Shown here piece after piece: positions 1 to 13,049 of a stretch of 64,000 nt of DNA. The translations under genes and the position numbers were made by a program. The stretch is from Squalus acanthias (Eukaryota). A model generated the notes under the pieces. The model saw nothing but the letters and a program-made list of their open reading frames with translations. It was not told where the DNA came from and searched no databases. Position 1 is the stretch's first letter. The number at the start of each line of letters is the position of its first letter. Where the stretch lies: assembly GCA_030390025.1 (NCBI GenBank), contig CM059433.1, forward strand, positions 22,508,001 to 22,572,000, in the 5' to 3' direction.

Positions 1-1001
1 GACACCACCCCACACCAGCACCATAAAGCATCCCTACAATGTCCAAGCCATTTCTTTCACACTCATCACAATTGGGGGGGTGGGGGGGGGAGGGGGGGGG
101 AGTTATGTCTCAACATTCACTGGAACTCACTAAGACACTTCCAAAGGTGAGCACAGATCTATCCAATAAGGTAAAGTGTTGAAAATATAGATTTCAATGT
201 TTGACAACACATTAACAGAAACTTCACATGAGCATTGGCTAAACCACCCAGGTGCCTACCCTTGTGTGTTGTTAGTTGGTATGCTTGCAGTTGGATGAGG
301 GTGAGTGTGAGGGGTGGCTAGTGAGATGGGGAAGTGATAATGTAGATATAGAGGGATGGGTGGAGGTGCAAGGTAAGTTGGTGTGAGCAAAGATGTGCAG
401 GCGTAGGGTAGGGAAGGCAGAGTGATGGGGATGTGATGAGTGGCACAGCAGGATGAGGTTGAGTGTGGCTTGACTGTAACGTTTCGAGATCTGCTCAGAT
501 CATTGAAAGGCTTGTGCCACTGTAGCCTGGTCCTCCTGATGACATCCCTGCTTCTGCCCTCCACGCAATGTGCAACCAGGCTGCATTGATCTCCTGGGGA
601 GGTCTCTTCCACCCATTGGAAGGGAAGAGAACCTCCCTGCGTGCTGTGACTCCCTCCATAAGCATATGGAGGGAGTCATGGGAGAGCCTGGGTACAGCCG
701 TGCACCTTTGTGCAGTGATTGTCAGTGTTGGCAGCACCTCAATGCTATAGAATACTGACAGCAGAACTGTCAAGATCAATTTGGACATGGCCCTTTTAAG
801 GAAACCGGCTGATGACGCGTCATCAAATGACATCATCAGACCCGCTTCCTGTTAATTGGCTGGGAACCTCACAGGACAGGCTTAACAAGCCCAATGAATG
901 AAATGTCGCTTGGAGAGTGTGGGCTTCAGTAGGCAGCGGGCTGGGACCGTGACACCAACCCTGGCCGCCCCGGACCCGCCTTGGTCAGCGAAATCACGGC
1001 C
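1..1001. mobile_element. Right part of a PIF/Harbinger DNA transposon, with a decayed Myb/SANT gene exon 1 on the minus strand (~470-700)
   Basis: Minus-strand frames give PRLSHDSLHMLMEGVTARREVLFPSNG...AAW and RRTRLQWHKPFNDLSRS, matching the Myb exon 1 of the other copies. Ends in TIR-like aaatcacggcc at 991-1001. Confidence 0.75.
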
Positions 1002-2377
1002 TTTGTTTCCAACATTTGTTGGGAGGTGGTGAGAAACTAAAGCTGGAGTTAATGTGCACTCAGTGCAAACATAAACCCGTACGAGACTCATGCCACACAC
1101 CTTTAGTACCCTCAATTATCTCTTATGGTATATCACTACTTTTTCATTGACGTGCATCCAAAATCACTTTCCATGGGAGCAAAAGCGCTTGTAGAACTGC
1201 GGCCTAATTTAAGATTAAAAAGTGCTTCCCTCCCCCTCCCGCCTTGGTATTGTCCAGCTTTAATAAGACACACATTCACATCAACATTTCCAATTCAGGA
1301 TCTTGGGTTACACATCCACAGCTCACCTTTATCTACATTACACCGCATAAATTGAAACGTGAAACATAAAAAAAGTTTTGCCTGAAGAGGTTCACTGTCT
1401 AGAGATTGGACTAATTTTTTTTTTAAAGTTAACCTAGAAATAAATTTATTCTAACTCACCCCCGGTACACAGAGATACCCCCTCACCCCCAGGGTTTGGA
1501 GCAGCCCGAGCTGGGCCCAGTAGGTGCAGCATAACATTGTGTTAATTAAGGTGCTACGGGTGTTGAAGTTAAGGTTTTCAGAACATTATCCTGTAAACGG
1601 CTTGGCGACAGTTTCCATAAGCAGACTGCATCTCTTATGAACTGAGAGATAGTGTATTTTACTCTCTGCTCCAGCATGGGCCTAACAAAGGATGTGCTCT
1701 AAGTCTTCTGCTCCCAATGGAGCAAGCAAGTCCCTTTGAGAAGGTAATCTATCCCTCCCTTGGGATTGATCACCTTTTACTAATAAAGGTTTTGGGTCTG
1801 CTCTGGTGGGATTCAAGTCAGCTCTCAGCCAATATGAGTTTCCTTAATGTGGGTGAAATGGGTGGATCTTCCTGGGGTAACCTGGGAACTCCCCTAGACA
1901 TGCCCCTTAATGTGAGAAATGTAGGCAAAAGATCCACCCATACACCTTTACCAGAATCTATAGGGCCACTGTAAACTGGTCAGATTCATTGCAAAACCAG
2001 ATTCCACCTGAAATTCCTGGCCATCCTGGGCACAAATCTTCCTCATAATTTGTACATTGACATGTAAAACCATCGACTCGCCGTATGAAACGCCATGTAA
2101 GATCGGCCAGTATCTATAAGTCTTGCATCCGGTGCACTCATCGGATTCGACATACTGTTTCCATCACAATCTGTTGATTGACAAAGTAAAACTGCAGTAA
2201 ATGAGGACAGAAAAGGTCAGGAATGTATGAATCAAAAGTGTGGCAACTGGCTAGAAAACTAATCCTGAATGATTAGTCAGGAAATTGTACCAACAGGAAA
2301 GAAGTGAATCAATTGAATGCATTGGAGAAAAATTCATCTGCTGAAATTTCAATGGATATAGTAAATAAAAACATAAT

Positions 2378-3142
2378 GGGCCAAAAATTCGGCCCTTCCC
2401 GGGTGAGTACACAGTCCGTACTCACCCGTAAGACGTCCCGAAGTGCCGGTTTCCTGCATGCACTGCGCATGCCCGGGAAACCGGAACTTCCGGTCTGGTG
2501 AAGGGGGCGGTTCCTAGGTGAACCGCGTGCGCGGTAGAGGCTGCGCGCACGCAGCACACTTGGATTTTTTTTCAGGTTTCTACGCGAGGGTAATTATGGA
2601 AGATACTACGCTTATGAAAAGGAGGCGCAAGACCCGTTTTCAACAAGGTAAGTGGTTAATTAAGTATAATTTAAAAAAAATTTCAACAGGTTTATCTTTT
2701 TTAGATACTTTAAAGAAAGGTAAGTTTATTTTTATCACTTTTAAAAAGTATTTTAATTTTTTCAAAAATTTAAAATTTTTGTTTAAAGTGGTTAATTTAT
2801 TTAACTATAGTTATTTTATAAATGTGATGGTTTTTAAAAAAATTTATTTTAAGTTTAGCTGTTCTTTTGGGGCTGATTTCAATTCACAGATTTGACAGGT
2901 CTCCTGTCAAATCTATGAATGAAAGATGGTCTGCTGCCATTGGCTCTCCATGGCCCACGTGATCCCAGGGGACGCATCGCACTAACTGCGCCCCTGGGAC
3001 ACGCACGCACTGCGTGCCGGCAGTTGGGAGAGGCCCAGGAGCTGAAGTTCCCGTGGGCCCAAAACACAATGGCAGGCGCGGTAGGAAAGTGTGCGCGCGA
3101 TCCTTACCCCCGCGGTAAGCCGGAGAGGCAAATTTCTGGGCC
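2378..3142 (+). mobile_element. Harbinger-type MITE, family A, copy 1
   Basis: Imperfect TIR gggccaaaaatt / aatttctgggcc, 3-bp TSD AAT (2375-2377 and 3143-3145). Homologous to 12271-13028 and 54892-55634. Confidence 0.85.
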
Positions 3143-3175
3143 AATAAAAAAAAGAAATGTGTAGGAAAATTAACC

Positions 3176-3205
3176 TATATATATATATATATATATATTA
3201 TATAT
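3176..3205. repeat. (TA)n microsatellite
   Basis: Directly visible. Confidence 0.9.
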
Positions 3206-3639
3206 TTCTGAATATTTTCAAGAGAGAAGGGACAGGTAGAAGAAACAGCTAAGGGTACCTAAAGCCGATAAAAACAACAAAAGGGCATTAAAAAAGGATG
3301 TGTGGACAAGTGTAATAGAACCAATAAAGTTTTCTTTCACTGTTCTCACAGAAACGGTAAAATAATTAAAGAGCACAGTGATCCTTTAACTGATTTAGCA
3401 AGGCAGGTTAGTATGAGGATCTGGATATGACCAGATTGCTAAATAGATACCTACCATCAGTTTCCACTCTTGAAGATGATGCTGATATGCCAATAGCTCT
3501 GGACAGGGGTGCTGTTAAAATTGACTCAACAGAAGTAACTGCAGCAATGATGTTAGTTAGGAGTAAGTCACTCAAGGTTGATTGTCCTACTGAACTTGTC
3601 ATCATTTTCCCCCAGAGTGTTGAAGGACATGTAGCATGC

Positions 3640-3936
3640 AAATCATTTACTCATATATTCAATAGCTCTTTGAGATCCTGGGCTAGTTCCAATAGCCTGG
3701 AGTGGAAGAAATCGGATCTTGGGAATTAGGGACCTGTCACATTGACATCAGTTGGAAGGAAGGCTGTCAGGGATTACCAGGGATGTGATTTATTATCATG
3801 CAGAGAGTTTGGCGATTATTAGGGAATCATGCATGGTTGTAGGAAATGGAAGTTCTACCTTACTAGCCTGATTGAGTTCTTTGAGGAAGTGACCAAGTTA
3901 GTGGATGATGCCAGTCCAGTAGATGTTATATACAGA
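3640..3936 (+). mobile_element. Degraded CR1 LINE reverse transcriptase fragment
   Basis: Remnants of GNYRPVSLTS-like and LTSLIEFFEEVTKLVDDASPVDVIY motifs. Confidence 0.7.
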
Positions 3937-5011
3937 CCGCACCACTTACAGTGGGCGTGTTAGCGTAAACGGATTTACCCGCTATAAGTGGTGGATGGTA
4001 AAACCAATCTCCGATTCGTTATACAAAAACGATTCCCCAGTGCCTCATGTTTGACAGCAACAGTAAAACATGTAGGTGTCGAAATACATTTGCCCCCGAA
4101 AACGGGCGCAGGGATTGTATTGGGGGATCATCCCACGTGAACTTCATGCTGCCTGCTGATTAGCATAATTGCGGCATTCAACTGAACGCACTGCTGAGAG
4201 CCGAACGCTCAGTGGGGGGCCAAGTTCGTGCGAGGCTAGCACCACTTAAAGCTAGGCTTTTTTTTATTCCTCGCATGGGATGTGGGCATCGCTGGCAAGA
4301 CCAGCATTTATTACCCATTCTTAGTTGCCCTTGAGAAGGTGTTGGTGAGCTGCCTTCTTGAACCGCTGCAGTCCGTGTGGTGAAGGTACTCCCACAGTGC
4401 TGTTAGGGAGGAAGTTCCAGGATTTTGACCCAGCGACGATGAAGGATCGGCGATATACTTCCAAGTCAGGATGGTGTGTGACTTGGAGGGGAACTTGGAG
4501 GTGGTGATGTTCCCATGCGCCTGCTGCCCTTGTCCTTCTAGGTGAAAGAGGTCGCGGGTTTGGGAGGTGCTGCCGAAGAAGCCTTGGCGAGTTGCTGCAG
4601 TGCATCTTGCAGATGGTACACACTGCAGCCACGGTACACCGGTGGTAGAGGGAGTGAATGTTTAAGGTGGTGGATGGGGTGCCAATCAAGCGGGCTGCTT
4701 TGTCCTGGATGGTGTTGAGCTTCTTGAGTGTTGTTGGAGCTGCACTCATCCAGGCAAGTGGAGAGTATTCATCACACTCCTGACTTGTGTTTTGTAGATG
4801 GTGGAAAGGCTTTGGGGAGTCAGGAGGTGAGACACTCGCCACAGAATACCCAGCCTCTGACCTGCTCTTGTTGCCACAGTATTTATGTGGCTGGTCCAGT
4901 TAAGTTTCTGGTCAATGGTGACCCCCCAGGATGTTGATGGTGGGGGATTCAGCAATGGTAATGCCATTGAATGTCAAGGGGCGGTGGTTAGATGCTCGCT
5001 TGTTGGAGATA

Positions 5012-5550
5012 AAAATGAGAAGTCGCACAACACCAGGTTATAGTCCAACAGTTTTATTTGAAATTACGAGCTTTCGGAGCTCTGCTCCTTCTTCAGGTAC
5101 AGTGAGGGAATACAAATCGATTACACAGTATATATAGACAGAGAACAATGTGTCTGCAGAGATACAATCCATCAGGTAGGCATTACATCAAAGACACATC
5201 AGAGTACAGCTAAGACAATGAGATGGGTCACAGGGGGTCCAACGTGTCAAATGCTGCAGTCTGCAGTTAAGCTTTTAACTTTTTTTTAAAAACTGGAAAA
5301 CCAGACAACGATGTCGAGTCACGTTCTGTAGCGTGACATGAACCCGAGATCCCGGTTGAGGCCGTCCTCATGGGTGCAGAACTTGGCTATCAGTTTCTGC
5401 TCGATGATTTTGCGTTGTCGTGTGTCTTGAAGGCCGTCTTGGAGAACGCTAACCCGCAGATCCGAGGCTGAATGTCCTTGACTACTGAAGTGTTCCCCGA
5501 CACTCATTTTTGTCCACCCCAGTCCAACACCGGCATCTCCGCATCATGAC
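5012..5550 (-). mobile_element. Truncated Penelope-like element (GIY-YIG C-terminus, pseudo-LTR, inverted tail), nested in the LINE
   Basis: ORF VGEHFSSQGHSASDLRVSVLQ...EQKLIAKF...GLN (5319-5507); 12-bp TSD ttgttggagata at 5000-5011 and 5553-5564. Confidence 0.9.
5065..5099 (-). ncRNA. Minimal type I hammerhead ribozyme motif in Penelope pseudo-LTR
   Basis: Minus strand reads UAC-CUGAAGA-A-GGAGC aga GCUCC-GAAA-GCUC-GUA: catalytic cores, stem II, palindromic AGCU stem III, and short stem I UAC/GUA. Confidence 0.7.
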
Positions 5551-6352
5551 CATTGTTGGAGATAGTCATTGCCTGGTACTTCTGTGGCGCGAATGTTACC
5601 TGCCACTTATCAGCCCAAGCCTGAATGTCGTCCAGGTCTTGTTGCATGTGGGCATGGACTGCTTCATTATCTGAGGAGTTGCGAATGACACTGAACACTG
5701 TGCAGTCATCAGCAAACATCCCTACTTCTGACCTTATGATGGAGGGAAGGTCATTGATGAAGCAGCTGAAGATGGTTGGTCCTAGGACACTGCCCTGAGG
5801 AACTCCTGCAGCGATGTCCTGGGGCTGTGATGATTGACCTCCAACCACCACAACCATCTTCCTTTATGCTATGTATGACTCCAGCCAGTGGAGAGTTTTC
5901 CCCCTGATTCCCATTGACTTCAGTTTTACTAGGGCTCCTTGATGCCACTCCCGGTCAAATGCTGCCTTGATGTCAAGGGCAGTCACTCTCACCTCACCTC
6001 TGCAATTCAGCTCTTTTGTCCATGTTTGGACCAAGGCTATAATGAGGTCTGGAGCTGAGTGATCCTAGCGGAACCCAAACTGGCCATCAGTGAGCAGGTT
6101 ATTGGTGAGTAAGTGCCGCTTGATAGCACTGTTGATGTCACCTTCCATCACTTTGCTGATGATTGAGATTAGACTGATTGGGCGGTAATTGGCCGGATTG
6201 GATTTGTCCTGCGTTATGTGGACAGGACATACCTGGACAGTTTTCCACTACTTAAAGGCAGTCTGCACCTCTTAAAGGGGAGGTGCATTCTGCCTGCAAC
6301 AGCTCATTGAACTGGTTGGGGAAGACAGTGAGAGGAGAAGAAAAGAAATATT

Positions 6353-8276
6353 ATGTCACAACAGGGGAGAGAGCGTGCACCTAGGTTCTCCAATACAGCA
6401 CTAGAGGCCTTGGTGCAGGTGGTCAACTCGAGGAGAGAGGTGCTGTTTCCACAGGGCCAGGCAAATGTATAAAATCCATTGGGAGCAGAGAGCTGCTATG
6501 GTAAACGCAAGCAGTTTAGCCCCGAGGACCCAAATGCAATGCAGGAAGAAGTTTAATGACCTCACACGTGTGGTCAAGGTCAGTGAATTCATCCTCAAGT
6601 GCTATATCCCACCATCTGCACCACTAGCCTCACACACTGCTCAATGTAGCACACCCATCATTCACCTACCAACAATCTCTACCAAACATGACTCATACCT
6701 CACATGCATAGCTTCATCTTACTCTCACACACTTACCACTGCTGCAAGCCTCACACCCGCATCTCACAGCTTGCACACACTGCCAGCTATTCAGCCATGA
6801 CAGGCATATCACCCAAATACATTGCACCACACTCACTGTCACACTCAGCAGGGGGCCCAAGTTCGTGCGAGACTAGCACCACTTAAAGCTGGCCTGCACT
6901 ACTTAAAGGCAGTCTGCACCTCTTAAAGGGAAAGTACATTCTGCCTGCAGCAGCTCATTGAACTGGCTAAGGGAAAGGTGGCTCACAACCGGCGGCGGTG
7001 GCACCTAACCGGCGGGGACAGTCGTGCCTGCATAACCTGATCCCTGTGGAGGAGGTGGTGCTGGCGATTCCTGGGAGGGGCATCGCTGAGCCCGTGGCCA
7101 GCGGCGGGGCTGAAGGAATATAAGCTGCTGGATCCGCATACGTAACCCTCCTTCTCACATCCCCGCTTCCCCCTCATTTCACAATCTCTTCTGATTTACA
7201 AGCTGCACATGGTGTAAGCATGCACGTCTTGCTTTCTGCCCCCACTTCCCTCACCACAAACCTACCCTTGTGCCTTTCTCATTTCAGATAGCCAAGAAAT
7301 CCAACCTGGCCAGGCAGTGGTACAAGAAGAAGAGGGAGAGGAGAGTGATGATGAAGAAACAGCGTCAGTCGATCTGACACTCGCAGCCACCACCTTAGAT
7401 ACTGGCATTGCGCGGAGTTCAGAGGGTAGCTTAGAGGTGGGATCCGCACATGGTGAGTCACCGGGCATGAGTTTGCTGCAGCCAGGACAGGAGGAAAGGG
7501 TAGCGCAGTTGCCAGCTTCCCGGAGGGTGAGGCCGCACACGGGTTCTGCTGCAGAGGACTCAGATGAGGACTTTGATGGAGCGGCCTACAGAAGAACGCT
7601 GATGGCTATGCACAACAAAATGCTTGGCACATTGGCAGGCCTGCCAGAATGCCTGAGTGCAATGTCAAAGAGCATGGAGGAGTCTGGCACCAACCTTGCA
7701 CAGGGCTTTGCGCAGAGCTTAGAGCCCATGATTTCTAGCATTGAAGTGGTGAGCAACTCCGTTGGTGCACTTGCGTACCCAACCATGATGCAGCATCTGA
7801 TGGCTGATGTTTCAGCTTCCATTGTAGCACAAGCAGCTTTCACCCAACGTCTGAGTGCTGCAGTGGAAGCTCAGACTTCTGTTATGCAAGCTCAGATTGC
7901 TCTCAGGCAGGCTCAGCTTACTACCACGCAAGCTCAGACTGCTGCCACCGTGGCTGCATTTACCAGTGTGGAAAGAGGCTTGCAGGGTGTCACAGCAGTC
8001 CAGCAATCAGTCCTCCAACAGATGTCTAGGAATGTTGAGGCGCCACCCCTGGGAGTGGCAGTGGCTCTGAGGAGCAAGAACCTGCTGTCCACTCTCAGGA
8101 TTACAGCGTCGCCCTCCCGCTATTGCCACTCCGCCAGTGCCCTTGCTGTTGCCTGTCAGCCAGCCAGCCCAGACTGCTGCCGCCCATGCCGAGGTGGTGC
8201 TGTCTGCAGCCGGGCCTTCTTGGCCCAGAGCTGCTTAAGGTCGTCCTACAAGTCCGGCTGCAGTCTCCCCCACTGA
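6353..8276 (+). pseudogene. Harbinger Myb/SANT DNA-binding protein gene (exons ~6353-6578, ~6970-7141, ~7288-8276), frameshifted
   Basis: MSQQGRERAPRFSNTALEALVQ...QCRKKFNDLTRVVK then GT donor; exon 2 GKVAHNRR...TGG; exon 3 acidic region plus Q/A-rich coiled coil (ORF 7317-8276). Confidence 0.8.
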
Positions 8277-8449
8277 AATGGTGATTAGTTGACTTTGTTA
8301 TATAATATTGGATGGATTGATATATAAAGTTGGATTGGAATATTTCTTTTGTGGTGGCTTTTATTTCAGCATTGTGGCCAAGAGGACACTGTATGGTCAG
8401 TAATAGAGGGAAGGTAAGGTGTGGGACAAATGTTGAAAGGGGAATTGGG

Positions 8450-9640
8450 GTTGTGTTCGTTGGTACGGCAGTCCGATGAGTCGATCATGGACAGCCTGGC
8501 AAGAAAGGGGCTGCCTGGGTTACCTCCTTCCTTCCCCTTCCTTCTTTTCCGCTTTCTCCTCTACCGCTTCCTCCTGCTCCTCTTCCTCCTCTTCTTCTTC
8601 CGCTTTCTCCTCCTCAGCTGGTCACTGTATGCCTGGTGGCAATGGCTGTGCCCTCATAGTGGCGAGGTTGTGGAGCATGCAGCAGACCATGATGAATCTT
8701 GAGACGGCACCTGGTGAGTACTGCAGGGCTCCTCCAGAGCGGTCCAGGTAGCGGAAGCATTGTTTCAGGACACCAATGGTCTGCTCTATGGAGATTCCTT
8801 GTGGCAGCATGGCTCCCATTGTACGCATGCTGCCCACGTGTGGTTGGGTAAGCAAGCAGAGTCATGGGCCAGGTGGTCAGCAGATAGCGCTTGTCGCCCA
8901 GCAGCCACCCTCTGGTTTGTTGTGGTGGCTCAAAGACTGAAGGAACAGCGGACTGGCGCAGAATAAAAGCATCATGACTGCTACCAGGATACTGGGCATT
9001 CACCATCATGATATGCTGAGCATGGTCGCACACCAACTGCATATTCAGCACGTGGTAATCTTTGCGGATGCGGTACATCTCAGCATTTAGATGCGGCGCC
9101 CGCAAACCACGGGCGTGCAGTCGATGGCGCCCTGCAACATGGGGAAGCCCGCTATCCTGGCAAAGCCTAGTGCGTGCTCCACCAGCTTCTCTCAGGTCAT
9201 AGAGAAGACAATGAAGTCCCCTCTCCTGGCATAAAGAGCGTCTGTCACCTCTCTTATGCAGCAGTGGATGGCGAACTGGGAGATGTTACAGATGTCGCCT
9301 GCTCCAGCCTGGAAGGATCCCGACGCGAGGAAATTCAGGGCCACGGTCACCTTCACAGCCTGTAGCAGCACTGTCCTTGCCCTGGAGTGTGGCTGCAGGT
9401 CTGGTTGCAAGAGGTGGCAGAGTTCTGTGAGCACCTCCTTCACAAAGCGCAGACGCCTCACACACTGCTCTTGGCTCAGGCTGAGGTAAGAGATTTGCTC
9501 TCGGAAGACCCTAGGTAGGTAAGGCCACCTGCTGAGAGCCCTTCTCCCCCCATCTCCACCTCCTTCTGTGAGCAGTTTGTCCTCTGCTCCATCTCCCTGT
9601 CATTCTGTAGGCCAAGGGAGATGACAACCAGAGCCCCCAT
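8450..9640 (-). pseudogene. Harbinger DDE transposase, multiply frameshifted
   Basis: RRLRFVKEVLTELCHLLQPDL...[60 protein letters not shown] in successive frames. Confidence 0.9.
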
Positions 9641-10562
9641 GACTGGGAGCAAATGGTCTGACCAGAACCCTTGAAGCAAGGCTTCTCCACTTGCAGCAGC
9701 ACACCCTGTCACCTCACCAACTTTAAACAACTCTAGAAAGCTGCAAACACTTCCACAAACTTAAACAGAGCCAGTAGAAATTAATCAGCAACTAACCTGA
9801 GAGTAATCACGTAAATATCGTTGTTGGGGGGGTCCTTGCTGCTGCTGAATGCATGTTCAGCTGTGCGAGGTTAGCACAGGGCGTTAGCGTTGATGACAAA
9901 AATGACAGCGCTGGCATCAAATCAGCGTTGTATGTTGATTGACGTCACGATCTGCCTACTCAGCATACTTCTGGCACACGCTCCTAATGCTTACCCTACC
10001 GCCCTGACAAAGATGGTGTCCGGCGTGGCGCGCACAGAAGTGTCCATGTGCGGCGCGTACGCCATTTTCATCAAAAAACAGCACCTGTAGCGCAAAAAAA
10101 ATCGGGCGCTACGGAACCGAATTTCCAGCCCGTGCAGTTTAAACCAACCAAACTTAAATGCTAATGTGTTTTCGTTCACCTTCATGCATCCTATTATGGC
10201 CAGCAGCTTCACGATATGTGCCCTGTCGGTCCAGCTTTTATAACACACGAGGTTCTGGTGATTCTTTTAGATATCTTAATCCCGGAAATATCTTTGTTCC
10301 TCCGACCATACTACTCCAATTTAAGTCAGAACAGTTTGCCGCAGAAATCCCCAGTGCATGGAAAATGAACATCACACAGGTAGAGGGCTGTTGTGAAGCA
10401 GTGCATAAAATGTTTAGTACAGGGGGTTAACAAGGTGTGAAGAACCTATAGAACTGCCTGAAATAGAAGGCACGCTTAATACCTTTATTCTCATCCCATA
10501 ATTCTTTAGGTTATATTGCAGCATAGTGACATTTTAACAGTTTGAGTGTGCCAGGTACTTAA

Positions 10563-11286
10563 GGGCCGATTTTAACCCTGGCAGAAACTGGGTAGCCGGG
10601 CAGCTGAAATGGCAGAAGCGACTGACCCCACCAATTCTGCTGCCTTACTAAGGGTTACAATTTCACTCTGCTCTCTTCAGCCGGCGAGAGGGCCACCCAT
10701 CACAAAGCATTGGGTCCCTTGTTTAAATATGCAGGTCAGACTCCAATGATGCCATCGGGGCACAACTGCAATTTTAACCCATGGTTAACCCATAACTTCC
10801 AATTTTAACCCATGGTTAACCCATAACTTCCTGCACAGGGAAGTTTTTCGTGGCTTCCCCTGTCAGGCCAACCAGGCAGCAAGAGAAAATGGGGCAAGGA
10901 GAGGCCCACAATGGTGAGTTAGTTTTGTATTTTCTTGTTGTCCCTGTGGGCCAGGAAGAGCAGGAGTTTCCTCCGGGCTCCGCAAGGAAACCTTGGGCCT
11001 CCCCCTGCCCCAAGCTTCTCTCCCCCTTCCCTGACCCGCGAGACCCTCTTGCCTCCCCCCTCTCCCAACCATTTACCTGAGTGACGGGGATCGTTTCCTG
11101 ATGCCCAAAATCCAGCTCCCAGCTGCCGGTCAGCTAGCCTCTCCCATTGGATTCGGGTGGGAGACTAACGGGGCTTATGCGATGAGGCACGGGAGTAAAA
11201 GTTTCCCAGCCCTCTCGCTACGGATGGTTTGCCATCCGCTTCAGCCCCCTGCTCTCACGACTCTCTCTGGGATTTGAAATCGGCCC
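10563..11286. mobile_element. Harbinger-type MITE (family B) with an internal ~31-bp tandem duplication at ~10769-10831
   Basis: TIR gggccgattt / aaatcggccc; related to 43736-44540 and 63325-63657. Confidence 0.75.
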
Positions 11287-12270
11287 TTTAGTGTGAGTTG
11301 GTAGTATTTTTATAATCTGCAATGGAGTTTACTGCACTTTTGTGAAATAGTTCAGGCTTCAAGGTAGGGAATAGTTCCTCTGTGACTGCTGAGATATTTA
11401 TGTATTCATCTACAGTATACCAGATAGCTGCATCACAGTCTTCAATGACAAAACTATTCATGGATAAATTGGTGAGTGATACAGTGAATAAGGACTCCAG
11501 GCAGTAAAATTTGAGCGCTTAAATCACTTCTGTCATCTTTGATTAATCTGTCAAAAGAAGTGCTATGTATATTATAATAAAGTACCCTAGCATATGGATA
11601 ACTGATATTTAGGAGCATGTTGTAAAGTCGTGATATATGGAGGGTTCAGGTGTCAGAAACCATTAGAGCAAATCTCAAGCTGACTATGAATATTCTCTGA
11701 AGTGTTATCTGCATTGCAGCCTTGTAGCGCACTGATACGTATTTTATTGTATATAGAAAATGTATTGGATGCAACCACATAAGCAATTTGGATTTAAAGT
11801 GGTGAGTGTGGAGCCGATCTTTTTCCACAGATGTTAGCCTATTTGCTCGTTGTTTTGTCATTTAAAAAGACATTTTAAAGAGCTCAAACGAAAATAAATC
11901 CCAAAATAGTTTAATAGTAAAGACAATGATAATAACGTGACATGCCTGAAGTATTGCGAAGTCACGTGACTCAGTTGGCTAGCATGTAGTTATTTTTCCA
12001 TGCTGGAAGGTACTGATTTTGGTGTGGAATTTTCAGAGTAACTTCAGCAGAAGAGCTGAGAAAGACCCAGACCTTTCGTCGAATGAAGGGGATAATCCCT
12101 GTAGGGATTCACCCCCATAATAGCCGATGCAATTTAAATTACCTTCACAACTCTCCAAGCAGCAGCTAATTTATAATATGTGCTGAGCCCGATGCTAATT
12201 ACAATTGAACAGAGATCAATAACAACAACTTGCATTTATATAGTGCTCCTGACGTGCAAGAAGACAATTT

Positions 12271-13028
12271 GGCCCTGAAATTCCATTCCCTACGGGTGAG
12301 TACGCGCTGTGTACTCACCCGTAGGGCCAACGGAAGTGCCGGTTTCGCACATGCACTGCGCATGCGCTGGAAACCGGAACTTCCGTTCTCTTGAAGGAAG
12401 GGGTTCACAGGTCAACCGCCTGCGCCGGAGAGGCAGCGCGAACGCATCGAACTTCCGTTTTTTTCTCAGTTGATGCAGTGCGGGTAAGTCCCTAGCAGCT
12501 GCGCGTGGAAAAAGCAGGCGCAAGGCCTGCTTTTAACAAGGTAAAAGGTGAATAAAGTAAAAGTAAAACATTTTTTCCACAGGTTTATCATTTTAAAATA
12601 CTTTAAAGAAAGGTAAGTTTATTTTTAGCCCTGTTAAAAACATTAATTATTTTTTTCAAAAATTACATTTTTTGTTGAAAGTAATTATGTAATTTACAGT
12701 TATTTTAAAAATGTGATTTTAAAAAAAAAATTATTTGAAGTTTTACTTAGGTTTTGGGGCCGATCTCTATTCATAGATTTGACAGGTCTTCCTGTCAAAT
12801 CTATGAATGGAGATTCCCTGCTCCGATTGGCTCCCCATGGCCCACGTGATCCCAGGGACGCTGCGAACTAGCTGCGCCCCTGGGATACGCGAGCACTGCA
12901 CACCGGCAGCTGGAGCAGGCACAGGAACGGAATTCTGCGCGGGCCCAGAGCATAACGGTAGGTGCGCTTCTTAAGTGCAGGTCGGGGGCTTGCGCCCGCG
13001 GGAAGACTCCGACCGGAATTTCTGGGCC
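12271..13028 (+). mobile_element. Harbinger-type MITE, family A, copy 2
   Basis: TIR ggccctgaaattcc / ggaatttctgggcc; flanks TTT and ATT; colinear with copy 1. Confidence 0.85.
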
Positions 13029-13049
13029 ATTCGGAAAACTTTGCAATGA

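Larger units (their letters stand above)
4258..6248 (-). mobile_element. 5'-truncated CR1-group non-LTR retrotransposon (RT and C-terminal ORF2 remnants, poly-A tail), nested in a Harbinger
   Basis: GVPQGSVLGPTIFSCFINDL...MFADD...WADKWQVTF (5504-5857) and ATRAGQRLGILWRV; poly-T at 4258-4266. Very similar to 30574-30995/34994-35585. Confidence 0.9.
3937..10131. mobile_element. Near full-length decayed Harbinger transposon (Myb gene on +, transposase on -, convergent), interrupted by a LINE
   Basis: Both genes present. Right TIR gaatttccagccc ends at 10131; left TIR not seen. Confidence 0.85.
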
